Assembly: GCA_964361825.1 (NCBI GenBank)
Contig: CAYICB010000003.1
Location: forward strand, 2,643 to 66,642
DNA length: 64,000 bases
Direction: 5' to 3'
Source: an uncultured Candidatus Saccharibacteria bacterium
GTDB lineage: Bacteria > Patescibacteriota > Minisyncoccia > Phycocordibacterales > JACOZG01
In this document: positions 26,889 to 37,677 of the stretch, one piece after another
How positions within the stretch are numbered: the stretch's first letter is position 1
How the letters are laid out: each line of letters opens with the position of its first letter
Position numbers and translations under genes: made by a program
Notes under the pieces: generated by a model
Database searches by the model: none
What the model saw: the letters and a program-made list of their open reading frames with translations, nothing else
Told to the model about the DNA's origin: nothing

Positions 26889-28325
26889 ATGACAATAGTG
26901 CATAACTTATTTGCCTTCTTCTTGAGCTTTGGACTGGGGGTGGTGGCCCAGTTTTATTGGGCTTTGCCTTGGCCTTTTTTGGTAGGCCTCACCTTTTTGA
27001 TTTTGATCTTTTTATTCTATTATCATTTTTCTCGCGCGGTTCCATATCTTTTGGCGGCGATTATTCTCTTTGGTTTTACCTTGGGGGTCGGTCGTTTGTG
27101 GTTAACCGAGAGTTTGCGCGATCGGGAATTAGATCAGTATTTGGGCCAAGAGATCACCTTTCAGGGTCACCTCATTGCGCCGCCCGATGAGCGCGAGGTA
27201 TTTACGCGAGTGGTGGTGCGTCCGGAGGGGTGGCGGGTGGCGATTGCTTTTGACTTGCCGCGGGGCGATGAGTGGCACTATGGCGATTTGGTGCAGGTCA
27301 CTGGTTTACTCGCACCCCGAGCTCGCGGGGCGAGTTTTACGCTTGATTATGAACTCAAATCAGCCGAGGTAGAGATTTTGCCTAGCCAAAATTTTAGCTT
27401 CCGGCGGAGCCTGTTTTGGCTTAAAGACCAATTTCTCGAAAACCTTAAACAACTTTATCCGGAGCCGGCGGCTGGTCTGGTGGCCGGCCTTCTCTTTGGC
27501 GAGAAGCATGCTTTGGGCGAAAAGTGGTCCGAGTATTTCCGTGCCGCTGGCCTTTCTCACATTGTGGTGCTCTCGGGTTATAACCTCACCTTGGTGGCCA
27601 CGCTAATTTTGAGCTTTTTTGCTTGGTGTCGAGTGTCTTTGCGCCCGCGTTTAATTCTGGGAGCCATAGGAATTATCGCTTTTACCTTGATGACTGGCGC
27701 TTCGGCCGCTACCGTGCGCGCGGCAATGATGGCTTTGGTGGCTCTGCTCGCTCGAGCGGCGGGTCGAGAATATGCGGCGGGCACGGCCCTGTTTCTGGCT
27801 GGTTTCTTGATGTTGCTGTATGAGCCGCGGTTATTGGTTGGTGACCTTGGCTTCCAATTATCCTTTTTGGCTACTTTTGCTTTAATTTATTTTTCTCCCG
27901 TGATGGAAAGAGTTTTTGGTTTTTGGCCCAAAACGCGACTAGCTCTCTGGCGCGAAGTAGCCATTACCACCCTCGCGGTACAAATCTTTCTGGTGCCTTG
28001 GCTTTTATATAAATTTGGTACTGTTTCTCTTCTTGGTTTACCGGCTAATATTTTGGTTTTACCGCTGGTGCCACCAGTGATGCTCTTGGGTTTTGGCGCG
28101 AGCTTGCTCGGATCAATTAGTTCGCTTTTAGCTTGGCCGGTGATGGCTATTTCTTATCCGATTATTGCCTTAATGCTTTGGCTCGCCAAGCTTTTTGCTA
28201 CGCCAACCATGGCCACCTTTGAGGTCACAAACTTTTCTGTTTCCACCGTGATAATTTGTTATTTGTTTTACTTCGGAATCATTCTGTGGCATAATCGGAA
28301 AGGATGGTTGCTGGTGGGCCAGTAA
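26889..28325 (+). CDS. comEC: ComEC/Rec2 family competence membrane protein (channel domain only)
   Basis: DUF4131-like N-terminus and competence domain (GLSHIVVLSGYNLTL), polytopic. Confidence 0.8.
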   Translation: MTIVHNLFAFFLSFGLGVVAQFYWALPWPFLVGLTFLILIFLFYYHFSRAVPYLLAAIILFGFTLGVGRLWLTESLRDRELDQYLGQEITFQGHLIAPPDEREVFTRVVVRPEGWRVAIAFDLPRGDEWHYGDLVQVTGLLAPRARGASFTLDYELKSAEVEILPSQNFSFRRSLFWLKDQFLENLKQLYPEPAAGLVAGLLFGEKHALGEKWSEYFRAAGLSHIVVLSGYNLTLVATLILSFFAWCRVSLRPRLILGAIGIIAFTLMTGASAATVRAAMMALVALLARAAGREYAAGTALFLAGFLMLLYEPRLLVGDLGFQLSFLATFALIYFSPVMERVFGFWPKTRLALWREVAITTLAVQIFLVPWLLYKFGTVSLLGLPANILVLPLVPPVMLLGFGASLLGSISSLLAWPVMAISYPIIALMLWLAKLFATPTMATFEVTNFSVSTVIICYLFYFGIILWHNRKGWLLVGQ

Positions 28326-28487
28326 CCAATTGGGCCATAGCGAAGGAGTGCTCGGCGTGTTTCATCTCGATTCTTCTTATTTTGGCGTGATGGGTTGTAT
28401 TGCGGTGGCGATTGCGTTGGCAGTGATTGTGGCGGGGCGTGTTTTCGACAAGAGGCGAGATTAGTGCTGATCGGGCGGGGTAGCTTG

Positions 28488-28530
28488 TTGCCAGTTTGGT
28501 TGAAAAACCGCTGGCAACTTTTTTGTTTTC
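28488..28530 (+). terminator. rho-independent terminator
   Basis: TTGCCAG...CTGGCAA stem + CTTTTTTGTTTT. Confidence 0.55.
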
Positions 28531-28548
28531 TCGCGATAATTTGGCTTA

Positions 28549-29415
28549 ATGATCAAATTGCTTCGCACGCACTACCTTTGGTTTTTGACCCTCTTTTTTC
28601 TGTTGGCAAATCTTTTGGTTTGGCCCAAGGTTTTGGCCGAGCGCCAAGCTTTACTCAAAGTCGCCTTTCTTGATATTGGTCAAGGCGATGCGATTTATAT
28701 TGAGGCACCCAATGGCAATCAAATTTTGCTTGATGGTGGCCGGGGGCGGCAAGTGCTCGCGGCGCTTGGCGAAGTGATGCCTTTCTCTGATCGTTCGCTT
28801 GATTTAGTGATTGCTTCGCATCCCGACGCTGACCATATTGGTGGTTTGGTGGATGTGTTTGATCGTTATGAAATTGGTGGTTTTATGGAGTCGGGAGTAG
28901 CGGCCGAGACCGAGGTTTACGGTTTTTTACAAGAGCGAGTGAAGGCAGAGGGAGCTAAACCAGTTTTGGCGCGGCGAGGAACCATTATTACTCTCGACGC
29001 CGCGCGCCAAATTTATCTCACGGTGCTTTTCCCCGATCGCGACACCACTGGCATGGAGACCAATGAGGCTTCCATTATCGCCAAACTTACCTACGGCGAG
29101 TCTGACTTTTTGCTCACTGGTGATTCACCGATGAAAATTGAAGAATATCTGACCGGTAGTGACGCCGAGAGTCTTGCGAGTGAGGTGCTCAAGCTGGGGC
29201 ATCATGGTTCCAAGACTTCGAGTAGCGCCGAATTTCTCGCCGCCGTTAAGCCGGCGTATGCCATTATTTCTGTGGGTAAAAATAGCTATGGTCACCCGAG
29301 CCCAGAGGTGCTTGATCGTTTAGAAAAGGCTCAAATTCCCTCTCTCCGCACCGATGAAGAAGGGACCATTATTTTTGAAACCGATGGCAAAAAAATTACT
29401 TGGCGCTCGATTTGA
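28549..29415 (+). CDS. membrane-anchored MBL-fold hydrolase (ComEC C-terminal beta-lactamase-like domain as separate gene)
   Basis: N-terminal TM; MBL motif HPDADHIGG, DIGQGDA. Confidence 0.75.
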   Translation: MIKLLRTHYLWFLTLFFLLANLLVWPKVLAERQALLKVAFLDIGQGDAIYIEAPNGNQILLDGGRGRQVLAALGEVMPFSDRSLDLVIASHPDADHIGGLVDVFDRYEIGGFMESGVAAETEVYGFLQERVKAEGAKPVLARRGTIITLDAARQIYLTVLFPDRDTTGMETNEASIIAKLTYGESDFLLTGDSPMKIEEYLTGSDAESLASEVLKLGHHGSKTSSSAEFLAAVKPAYAIISVGKNSYGHPSPEVLDRLEKAQIPSLRTDEEGTIIFETDGKKITWRSI

Positions 29416-29599
29416 GTTGGCGATTTTGCTTGAGGCAGGAGGTGCAGACTTTGATTCTGCCGCCACCGGGTAAAGCGGCCCATTGGAGATTGGGATATTT
29501 GCGCTTCATGCCGACGGGGTTAAACTTGGTCGCGCGGACGCGATTAGAATATTTCCCGGCCATGATCGTGCCTTTATTGCAGGTTGGGCAGACTTTCAT
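29396..29599 (-). CDS. rpmB: 50S ribosomal protein L28
   Basis: Cys4 zinc ribbon (CPTC...CTSC) and SNRVRATKFNP..NLQ core motif. Confidence 0.75.
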   Translation of the reverse strand: MKVCPTCNKGTIMAGKYSNRVRATKFNPVGMKRKYPNLQWAALPGGGRIKVCTSCLKQNRQLKSSAK

Positions 29600-29630
29600 T
29601 TCGGAGGTATGCTAACATGCTGGTTTAATT

Positions 29631-30230
29631 ATGACAATTACCTTTGTTTTCAGTTTAGCGATTCTTATTATGTCGGTGGTGATTCACGAGGTGGCCCATG
29701 GTTATGCCGCCGAGGCGCTCGGCGACTCCACCGCGCGCTTGCAAGGGCGACTCACGCTTAATCCGCTGGCGCATCTCGATTGGTTTGGTTCGGTAATTTT
29801 ACCGCTGATGCTCTCGCTTTTACCGGGCGGACTCGTTTTTGGCTGGGCCAAGCCGGTGCCGTATAATCCGTATAATCTCCGCGGGGGCAAATGGGGTCCG
29901 GCGTTGGTAGCCGCGGCTGGGCCAGCATCTAATTTATTCTTAATGGCGTTTTTTGCCCTCTTTTTGCGCCTTTTTGCTTGGTCGGGGCCAGTAATTTATT
30001 TGGCGAGTTCCATTGTGCTCGTTAATCTCGCCCTCGCTATTTTCAACTTAATTCCTGTTCCGCCACTCGATGGTTCTAAAATTCTTTTTGCTATCCTGCC
30101 ATACCGTTTGCGCTCCCTCGAGAACTTCCTCACCACCTATTCCCTTTTCTTCGTTTTCCTTCTCCTTTTCGTCCTTTGGGATTTTATCTCACCGCTCGTC
30201 TTCACCATCTTCACCTGGCTGGTGGGGTAG
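29631..30230 (+). CDS. site-2 protease family zinc metalloprotease (M50-like)
   Basis: HEVAH motif within TM helix, polytopic. Confidence 0.75.
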   Translation: MTITFVFSLAILIMSVVIHEVAHGYAAEALGDSTARLQGRLTLNPLAHLDWFGSVILPLMLSLLPGGLVFGWAKPVPYNPYNLRGGKWGPALVAAAGPASNLFLMAFFALFLRLFAWSGPVIYLASSIVLVNLALAIFNLIPVPPLDGSKILFAILPYRLRSLENFLTTYSLFFVFLLLFVLWDFISPLVFTIFTWLVG

Positions 30231-30280
30231 CGACTTGCGTCTTTGGGGGAAACATATTAAAGTGGTAGCTCACAAGTTTT

Positions 30281-30700
30281 ATGCCGACAGTTAATCAATT
30301 AATTAAGAACCCTCGCCGGGCCGTGCGCGTGAAGAGCCGCACGGTTGGCTTGGCGAATGGCTTCAACACCAAGAAGAGCCGCCCCATTTTTTACCCCTCA
30401 CCATTTAAGCGGGGAGTTTGTGTGCAGGTTAAAACGACGACACCGAAGAAGCCAAACTCCGCGGTGCGGAAAATCGCTCGGGTGCGCCTCTCTAATGGGA
30501 TGGAGGTCACCGCCTATATTCCCGGTATTGGTCACAATCTCCAAGAACACTCGGTGGTAATGATTCGTGGCGGTCGGGTGAAGGACCTTCCCGGCGTGCG
30601 TTATCATATTGTGCGTGGTCGATATGATTCATCCGGCGTAGATAAGCGGATGAAGGGCCGCTCGCTCTATGGAGCCAAGAGACCAAAGAAAGGCAAATAA
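30281..30700 (+). CDS. rpsL: 30S ribosomal protein S12
   Basis: PTVNQLI..PKKPNSA motif. Confidence 0.95.
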   Translation: MPTVNQLIKNPRRAVRVKSRTVGLANGFNTKKSRPIFYPSPFKRGVCVQVKTTTPKKPNSAVRKIARVRLSNGMEVTAYIPGIGHNLQEHSVVMIRGGRVKDLPGVRYHIVRGRYDSSGVDKRMKGRSLYGAKRPKKGK

Positions 30701-30706
30701 TTAAAC

Positions 30707-31201
30707 ATGAGACGCAAAGTTAAAAATCGAATTAAACTCCAACCAGATTTGGCCTACCAATCGCTCAAAATTGCGAAACTAATTAACTATGTGATGGATT
30801 CGGGTAAAAAGAATACCGCGCGTAAGGTGGTGTATGGCGCCCTTGACCAGATTAAAGAAAAAACCAAACAAGAGGCCTTAGAAGTTTTTGAAGAGGCGGT
30901 TAAGAATGCTGGGCCAGCCATGGAGCTCCGTTCGCGCCGGGTGGGTGGTGCTAATTATCAGATTCCTCACGAGGTGAGCCCAGAGCGCCGCCTCACGCTT
31001 GCCTTGCGGTGGATGGTAGAAGCTGCTTCGAGCAAAAAGGGGCGACCGATGGCCCAGAAATTGGCCGAAGAGATTGTGGCGGCGGCAAAAAATGAGGGTG
31101 AGGCGGTAAAAAAGCGCGAGATGATTCACCGGATGGCCGAGGCCAACCGCGCCTTTGCTCACTTTGCTCGGACACAAAATAAGCCTAAGGTTGTTGCTTA
31201 A
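30707..31201 (+). CDS. rpsG: 30S ribosomal protein S7
   Basis: S7 family sequence. Confidence 0.95.
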   Translation: MRRKVKNRIKLQPDLAYQSLKIAKLINYVMDSGKKNTARKVVYGALDQIKEKTKQEALEVFEEAVKNAGPAMELRSRRVGGANYQIPHEVSPERRLTLALRWMVEAASSKKGRPMAQKLAEEIVAAAKNEGEAVKKREMIHRMAEANRAFAHFARTQNKPKVVA

Positions 31202-33343
31202 ATGAATCGCGATTATCCGCTCGAGAAGGTTCGGAATTTTGGAATTATTGCCCACATTGATGCGGGCAAAACTACGGTGAGCGAAAGAATCCTTTTCTAC
31301 ACCGGCGTCTCACACAAGATTGGCGAAGTGCATGAGGGCGATACGGTGATGGACTGGATGGAGCAAGAGCGCGAACGCGGGATTACGATTACCGCCGCGG
31401 CCACCACCTGTTTTTGGACCCCAAGTTATGCAGCCGGCGACCTCACCAAGAAGCATCGTTTTAATATTATCGATACGCCCGGTCACATTGATTTTACGAT
31501 TGAAGTAAAGCGTTCTTTGCGCGTGCTCGATGGTGCGGTGGTGGTCTTCGACGGCGTGAGCGGCGTCGAGCCGCAATCAGAAACCAATTGGCGCTATGCC
31601 GATGAGGGTAAGGTGCCTCGCCTATGCTTTATCAATAAACTAGACCGGATGGGCGCCTCCTTCGAATTTTCTTATGGCACGATTCTCGATCGGCTCACCA
31701 AGCAGGCGGTGCGTTACCAAATTCCGATTGGGCTTGAGGAAAACTTTGCTGGTGTGATCGATCTTTTGCAGAAAAAGGCTTATGGCTTCGAGGGTGAGAA
31801 GGGCCAAACGATTAAAGAAATTCCGATTCCCTCCGATTTGCAAGCCGAGGTTGATAAATATCATGCTGAATTAGTGGAACGCATTGCCGAGACAGACGAT
31901 GCGCTCATGACCGAGTATTTAGAGGGCAAAACGATTGCTCCTGATGTGCTTAAGGTCGCCCTGCGGAAGGCGGTGATTGCTAATAAGATTGTGCCGGTTT
32001 TTTGTGGTTCGGCGCTTAAGAATAAGGGGGTTCAGCTTGTGCTTGATGGAGTGGTGGATTATTTGCCTTCGCCGCTCGATATTCCGCCAACAAAAGGAAT
32101 TGATGAGCGCACGGGTGAAGTGGTGGAGCGCTTGCCTTCTGACGAGGCGCCTTTTGCCGCTCTCGCTTTCAAAATTCAAACTGATCCTTTTGTGGGGCAA
32201 CTCGTTTTCTTCCGGGTTTATTCGGGCAAGATTGAGGCCGGTTCATATATTTATAATACCCGCACGCGAACCAAAGAGCGGGTGGGTCGGATTGTGCGTT
32301 TGCATGCCAATGAGCGAGAGGATGTGAAGGTGGTTTATGCCGGAGAAATTGCCGCGACCGTGGGCTTGAAGGATGTGAAAACCTCCGACACTTTTTGCGA
32401 TATTGATAATCCGATTATTCTTGACCAAATTGTGGTGCCGGAGCCAGTGGTCTCGATGAAGATTGAGCCGAAGACTAAAGCCGACCAAGAGAAAATGGGC
32501 ATGGCGATGAAGAAGCTCTCCGACGAAGACCCAACTTTTAAAATTAAATCTGATCCAGAAACTCTTGAGACTATTATTTCTGGGATGGGTGAATTGCATC
32601 TTGAGGTGCTGGTAGAGCGGATGAAGCGCGAATTTGGCGTGGAGGCTAATGTGAGCAAACCACAAGTGGCTTATAAGGAAACAATTACCGCCGAGGCCGA
32701 AGCCGAAGGGAAGTATATTAAGCAAAGTGGTGGCCGTGGTCAGTATGGTCATGTGCGTTTGCGAGTGAAGCCGCTTAAACCGCTCGAGGAAGGGGCGAAG
32801 ATTCCGAAGAATGTGACCCGCGAGCCCGGTTTCGAATTTATCAATGCGATTAAAGGTGGCGTGGTGCCACAAGAATATATTACGCCGGTGGAGAAGGGGG
32901 TGCGTGAGGGGATGGAGCGTGGCGTGGTCGCCGGCTTTTTGCTCGTCGATATCTCGGTCGAGCTTTATGACGGCTCTTATCACGAGGTGGATTCTTCAGA
33001 AATGGCCTTCAAGATGGCGGGCTCGATGGCTTTGCAAGAAGCAGCGCGGCGCGCTAAACCCGTTCTTCTAGAACCTATTATGAAGATAGAAGTGATTGTG
33101 CCGGAGAAGTTTATGGGTGATATTACCGGGCATCTCAACTCTAAGCGCGGGCAGATTGAAGGGATGGAAGATCGCGGTAATGCCAAGGTTATTCGCGCTA
33201 AAGTGCCACTGGCCGAGATGTTTGGTTATGTCACCACTCTCCGCTCGCAAACCGAAGGCCGCGGTTCCTTCAATATGGAATTTGCCGAATACGCCATCAT
33301 TCCCAACAATGTGGCGCAGAAGATTGTGGAAGCGCGGCAGTGA
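31202..33343 (+). CDS. fusA: elongation factor G
   Basis: G-domain [17 protein letters not shown]; 713 aa. Confidence 0.95.
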   Translation: MNRDYPLEKVRNFGIIAHIDAGKTTVSERILFYTGVSHKIGEVHEGDTVMDWMEQERERGITITAAATTCFWTPSYAAGDLTKKHRFNIIDTPGHIDFTIEVKRSLRVLDGAVVVFDGVSGVEPQSETNWRYADEGKVPRLCFINKLDRMGASFEFSYGTILDRLTKQAVRYQIPIGLEENFAGVIDLLQKKAYGFEGEKGQTIKEIPIPSDLQAEVDKYHAELVERIAETDDALMTEYLEGKTIAPDVLKVALRKAVIANKIVPVFCGSALKNKGVQLVLDGVVDYLPSPLDIPPTKGIDERTGEVVERLPSDEAPFAALAFKIQTDPFVGQLVFFRVYSGKIEAGSYIYNTRTRTKERVGRIVRLHANEREDVKVVYAGEIAATVGLKDVKTSDTFCDIDNPIILDQIVVPEPVVSMKIEPKTKADQEKMGMAMKKLSDEDPTFKIKSDPETLETIISGMGELHLEVLVERMKREFGVEANVSKPQVAYKETITAEAEAEGKYIKQSGGRGQYGHVRLRVKPLKPLEEGAKIPKNVTREPGFEFINAIKGGVVPQEYITPVEKGVREGMERGVVAGFLLVDISVELYDGSYHEVDSSEMAFKMAGSMALQEAARRAKPVLLEPIMKIEVIVPEKFMGDITGHLNSKRGQIEGMEDRGNAKVIRAKVPLAEMFGYVTTLRSQTEGRGSFNMEFAEYAIIPNNVAQKIVEARQ

Positions 33344-33351
33344 TTTAATTT

Positions 33352-33978
33352 GTGATTAGCAAATGGCTTAAAAAGTTGTTTGCTTGGCGTTTATCTGGGG
33401 CCCGAAGGGAGAAGTTTGAAATAAAAGTTAGACCGTTTAAAGAAAAAATCTTTCGTGATTTGTTGGGCAAAGAAATTTTGGAACTCGGCGCCGGTGCTGG
33501 GGTAAATGTGCGTTATTATGCTGGTGCCAAGTTTGTTTATTTGGTTGAACCCAACCTAGAGATGAGATCTTATTTAGAGAAAAGATGCCAAGCCGAGAAA
33601 TTGCCAAGCAAAATTTTAACTGACCAAGCAGAAAATTTATCTCTCCCAGATCAATCGGTGGAGGTAGTGATCAGCTCTTTTGTTCTCTGTAGTGTGAAAA
33701 ATGTGCCTAAGGTGTTAACTGAAATTGCTCGAGTCCTCAAGCCCGGCGGGAAGTTTATCTTTGTAGAACATGTGGGAGCTAAGACGGGAATAAGGGCCAC
33801 AATGCAAAGAGCGATAAGGCCACTCTGGCGTTTTTGGTCTGATGGTTGTGATTGTTGTCGAAACACCGAGATCTTGATTCGTCAGGCGAATTTGTTTTCA
33901 AAAATTGAGTTACAAGAATACCATCAAGTTCCTAGCTTTATCGCTCGACCATGGATTTTGGGTGTAGCTTTTAAATAA
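33352..33978 (+). CDS. class I SAM-dependent methyltransferase
   Basis: motif I LELGAGAG, VLKPGG motif; inserted between fusA and tuf. Confidence 0.75.
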   Translation: MISKWLKKLFAWRLSGARREKFEIKVRPFKEKIFRDLLGKEILELGAGAGVNVRYYAGAKFVYLVEPNLEMRSYLEKRCQAEKLPSKILTDQAENLSLPDQSVEVVISSFVLCSVKNVPKVLTEIARVLKPGGKFIFVEHVGAKTGIRATMQRAIRPLWRFWSDGCDCCRNTEILIRQANLFSKIELQEYHQVPSFIARPWILGVAFK

Positions 33979-33984
33979 TACAAA

Positions 33985-34044
33985 CCACGAGGGTTCCCCT
34001 CGTGGGGAGAAAAAAAGAACCGCCGGGGATTTCCTCGGCGGTTC
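33985..34044. terminator. pair of hairpins between convergent genes
   Basis: CCACGAGGG/CCCTCGTGG and GAACCGCCGGGG/CCTCGGCGGTTC. Confidence 0.5.
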
Positions 34045-34060
34045 TTGGGGGCTGTGATTT

Positions 34061-34444
34061 TTACAACCAATGGATCTGTCCGTATTCGTCGGTTCGGTGG
34101 TCCTTGGTCATTGTGCCGAGCGCGGGGACCTTTTGGAGATTGCAGAAGCCTTTTTGGAGTAAAGCACGAGCCTTTTCTTTATCGGAAAGTTGATAGGTTT
34201 CCAAGACTTTCCTCATGGTTCGATTGCCACAATCCGCGCATTGAATGATTTCGTAATCGCGCCTGTTTCCCGGCTTGAGGTCGTCGGCATAAATGATCCA
34301 GTTTTGCTGTCTCTCAAATCGCCTTTCGCACCCCGGGCAACAATTGGGAACAAATCTCTCCACCCCGTACATCCACTTTCCCCCCTGCTCAATTATCGCT
34401 TGTTGTAGCCGATCAAGTTCTATCGCTGCCGGTAGCGTCATCAC
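34061..34444 (-). CDS. zinc-ribbon protein, hypothetical
   Basis: CCPGC and CADCG cysteine pairs. Confidence 0.45.
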   Translation of the reverse strand: MMTLPAAIELDRLQQAIIEQGGKWMYGVERFVPNCCPGCERRFERQQNWIIYADDLKPGNRRDYEIIQCADCGNRTMRKVLETYQLSDKEKARALLQKGFCNLQKVPALGTMTKDHRTDEYGQIHWL

Positions 34445-34519
34445 ATTTCTCCTAAAAAGGTGAACTATTTACCCTGTGGGGGAGTTAAGCATAAAAGTGT
34501 TACATTTGCTACTGTACTC

Positions 34520-34548
34520 ACTACATATATTTGACGCCCCCAGAGTGG
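34520..34548 (+). promoter_or_regulatory. sigma70-like promoter for tuf operon
   Basis: TTGACG - 17 nt - TAGTAT. Confidence 0.4.
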
Positions 34549-34666
34549 TTTGCTAGTATTCTAGGGCGCTTTGGGCGCGTCGGTTTTTCTCTAATTTCAA
34601 TCCTAAATTCGCCACAGGCGAATCGGACAAGAAAATTATTAGTTTAGTAAATTTAATTTAAAAAAT

Positions 34667-35872
34667 ATGGCAGTAGATAAATTTGATCGTAATAAGCCCC
34701 ATGTGAATGTGGGCACCATTGGTCACGTTGACCACGGCAAGACCACGCTCACCGCGAGTATTTTGCATGTTCTCGACCTCAATAAAGACAAGGGCTATGG
34801 CGCTCGAGTTGAGGGTATTGACGGTATCGATAATGCTCCCGAAGAGAAGGCTCGAGGTATCACCATTGCCCTCCACCACTCGGAGTATTGGACGCCAAAG
34901 CGTCACTATGCCCACATTGATGCGCCCGGTCATGCCGATTACATCAAAAACATGATTACCGGTGCCGCCCAAATGGATGGCGCGATTATTGTGGTGGCCG
35001 CTCCAGATGGCGCGATGCCGCAAACGCATGAACACATTTTGCTGGCTCGCCAAGTGGGTGTGCCAAAGATTATTGTTTTCCTCAACAAAGTAGACATGGT
35101 CGACGACAAAGAGTTGGTTGACTTGGTAGAAGCCGAGGTTCGCGAACTCTTAACTAAACACGGTTATGATGGCGCCAATACGCCCATTATCCGCGGTTCT
35201 GGTCTTAAGGCCCTAGAAGCCAAGAGCGCTGATGATGAATATGCTAAGAAAGTCCTTGAGCTTGTTGACACCCTCGACACCTTCATGCCTGATCCAGTGC
35301 GGGAGACTGATAAGCCCTTTTTGATGCCGATCGAAGACATTTTCTCGATCGAAGGTCGCGGTACGGTGGTTACTGGTCGGATTGAGCGCGGTCGGGTAAA
35401 AGTGGGCGAAGAAGTCGAGATTGTGGGTATTAAGGATACGGCCAAAACCACGATTACCGGTATCGAAATGTTTAATAAGCAACTCGATGAGGGTCTGGCT
35501 GGCGATAATGCCGGTATTCTTCTTCGGGGTACCAAGAAGGAGGATGTAACTCGTGGTCAGGTGCTCGCTAAAACTGGTTCGGTTACACCGCATACTGAAT
35601 TTACGGCTGAAGTTTATATTTTGAAGAAAGAAGAAGGTGGCCGTCATACGCCATTCTTTACGGGCTATAAGCCACAGTTCTATATTCGAACCACGGATGT
35701 GACGGGTGAAGTAACGCTCGATGAAGCGGTAAAGATGGTCATGCCCGGTGATACCGTTACCTTTAAGGTTAAGCTGGTGGCGCCAGTGGCTCTTGAAGAA
35801 AAGCAACGCTTTGCGATTCGTGAGGGTGGCAAAACCGTAGGTGCTGGCGTGGTCACTAAGATTACTGCCTAA
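34667..35872 (+). CDS. tuf: elongation factor Tu
   Basis: [18 protein letters not shown] motifs. Confidence 0.95.
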   Translation: MAVDKFDRNKPHVNVGTIGHVDHGKTTLTASILHVLDLNKDKGYGARVEGIDGIDNAPEEKARGITIALHHSEYWTPKRHYAHIDAPGHADYIKNMITGAAQMDGAIIVVAAPDGAMPQTHEHILLARQVGVPKIIVFLNKVDMVDDKELVDLVEAEVRELLTKHGYDGANTPIIRGSGLKALEAKSADDEYAKKVLELVDTLDTFMPDPVRETDKPFLMPIEDIFSIEGRGTVVTGRIERGRVKVGEEVEIVGIKDTAKTTITGIEMFNKQLDEGLAGDNAGILLRGTKKEDVTRGQVLAKTGSVTPHTEFTAEVYILKKEEGGRHTPFFTGYKPQFYIRTTDVTGEVTLDEAVKMVMPGDTVTFKVKLVAPVALEEKQRFAIREGGKTVGAGVVTKITA

Positions 35873-35875
35873 AGT

Positions 35876-36280
35876 TTGTCTGATAGCTTGGCCCCAATAA
35901 CCAACATGAGTTCAGAAATTACTAAAGAAAAGCCAGCTAAGTCTAAGGTTAAGGTGGCGCCTAAGGATGGTTTACCGCAAAAGATTAGAATTCGTGTTTC
36001 GGCTTACGAAAACAAGGTTTTAGACGCTAGTGTGAAGCAAATTATAGACACCGCTAGTCGTTACGATGCGGTGGTGCGTGGCCCGGTGCCTCTCCCAACC
36101 GAGATTAAGAAATATACGGTTAACCGCAGTTCTTTTGTTCACAAAAACGCGCGAGAGCAGTTTGAGATGCGAGTTCATAAGCGGTTGATTGACATTCTTA
36201 ATCCTTCGGGCAAGATTGTGGAACATCTCACTAATTTAAATTTGCCTTCAGCGGTAAATATTGATGTCAAAATGTTATGA
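35876..36280 (+). CDS. rpsJ: 30S ribosomal protein S10 (N-terminal extension; alternative ATG start at 35906)
   Basis: S10 core KIRIRVSAYE..; 3 nt after tuf stop. Confidence 0.88.
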   Translation: MSDSLAPITNMSSEITKEKPAKSKVKVAPKDGLPQKIRIRVSAYENKVLDASVKQIIDTASRYDAVVRGPVPLPTEIKKYTVNRSSFVHKNAREQFEMRVHKRLIDILNPSGKIVEHLTNLNLPSAVNIDVKML

Positions 36281-36723
36281 AAACCGTTTTAGTTACCAAG
36301 CAAGGCATGACCCAAGTGTTTACGGACTCGGGAGAGGTAATTCCGGCCACGGTGGTTTTGCCGGTGGTAACTAAGGAGGGCGAAGAGCTTTTTGGTGGTT
36401 TGGTGGTTGGCGATAGGGTCAAGGTGAGTGGCGTGACCAAGGGTAAGGGATTCCAAGGCGTGGTTAAGCGCCACGGCTTTAAGGGTGGCTCGCGCACTCA
36501 TGGTCAGAAGCACTCCGAACGCGAACCCGGTTCGATTGGTGGTGGTTTGCGCACTCGTATTCCTAAAAACATGCGAATGGCCGGTCGCATGGGTGGCAAT
36601 CGAGTGACGGTGGCCAATTTGTCGATCGTTGCCCTCAATGAGACAGAGAAGTCTTTGTTAATTTCTGGAGCAGTTCCTGGTCGACGGGGCACCAAGCTTG
36701 AGATCAAAACCAATGAAAACTAA
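36277..36723 (+). CDS. rplC: 50S ribosomal protein L3 (short form)
   Basis: KGKGFQGVVKRHGF motif; operon position. Confidence 0.85.
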   Translation: MKTVLVTKQGMTQVFTDSGEVIPATVVLPVVTKEGEELFGGLVVGDRVKVSGVTKGKGFQGVVKRHGFKGGSRTHGQKHSEREPGSIGGGLRTRIPKNMRMAGRMGGNRVTVANLSIVALNETEKSLLISGAVPGRRGTKLEIKTNEN

Positions 36724-37372
36724 AGTCTACAACCAAGAAGCCAAAGAAATTGGCCACTTTGATTTGCCCGAGCAACTTTTTGGGGCTAAGTGGAACGCTG
36801 ATTTGGTCCATCAAGTGGTCACTTCGGCTAATACTAGTCGTCGAGCTAATACTGCTCAAGCTAAGGATCGTAGCGCGGTGCGGGGTGGTGGCAAAAAGCC
36901 GTGGCGACAAAAGGGTACTGGGCGAGCGCGCCATGGTTCCACTCGGTCGCCTTTGTGGCGTGGTGGTGGAATTACCCATGGTCCTACTACCGAACGGAAT
37001 TATGATCGAAAAATAAACAAGACGATGAAAAATCGGGCTCTGGCCGCGGTTCTTTCTCGTAAGTTGCGTGATGGCGAAGTGGTGTTACTCGATAGCTTGG
37101 CTTGGCCAGAAGTAAAGACCAAACAGGCAATAGCGATGCTTAATCAGTTTGCCACTAAACCAGAATTCAAGAAGATCAATTATCGTTCTGGTAAGAGGGC
37201 CTTGCTGGCTTTACCCGAAATTAATCCCGAGTTGGTAAAAAGTTTTCGGAACATTGCCAGTGTGCAGGTGGCCGAAGCGAGAAACTTGGGTCCAGTTGAG
37301 GCTTTGGCCTATCGTTATATTTTGTTTGTTAAGCCAGAGGTGAGTCTGCCGATTTTGGCCAAACGTTTTTAA
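36713..37372 (+). CDS. rplD: 50S ribosomal protein L4
   Basis: KPWRQKGTGRAR motif. Confidence 0.9.
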   Translation: MKTKVYNQEAKEIGHFDLPEQLFGAKWNADLVHQVVTSANTSRRANTAQAKDRSAVRGGGKKPWRQKGTGRARHGSTRSPLWRGGGITHGPTTERNYDRKINKTMKNRALAAVLSRKLRDGEVVLLDSLAWPEVKTKQAIAMLNQFATKPEFKKINYRSGKRALLALPEINPELVKSFRNIASVQVAEARNLGPVEALAYRYILFVKPEVSLPILAKRF

Positions 37373-37375
37373 ACC

Positions 37376-37675
37376 ATGTCTAAAGTAAATAAATTATCCC
37401 CAGACGCCGTAATTCTTAAACCGCATCTTACCGAACGGGCGGCTTTGGGCGAGGCTTTAACTAAGCCGGTGTACACCTTTGTGGTAGCCTCTCGCGCCAC
37501 TAAACCGGAGATTTCGCGCGCGATTAAAACCCTTTATCAAGTAACGCCCCTCAAGGTAAATATTCTTCGGGCTAAACCCAAGCGCTTTGTTTACCGTGGT
37601 CGTGGGGGCAAAACTGCTGGTTTTAAGAAAGCCCGAGTTTTTTTACCAGCGGGTACTAAAATTACTTTGCTCTAA
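37376..37675 (+). CDS. rplW: 50S ribosomal protein L23
   Basis: L23 family, operon position. Confidence 0.9.
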   Translation: MSKVNKLSPDAVILKPHLTERAALGEALTKPVYTFVVASRATKPEISRAIKTLYQVTPLKVNILRAKPKRFVYRGRGGKTAGFKKARVFLPAGTKITLL

Positions 37676-37677
37676 AA

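Noticed and set aside
32243-32983. 246-aa ORF antisense to fusA
   Set aside because: Fully embedded opposite a highly conserved EF-G reading frame; His/Arg-rich translation typical of antisense artefacts.
33979-34060. Possible small RNA between the methyltransferase and zinc-ribbon genes
   Set aside because: The two hairpins are adequately explained as back-to-back terminators of convergent genes.
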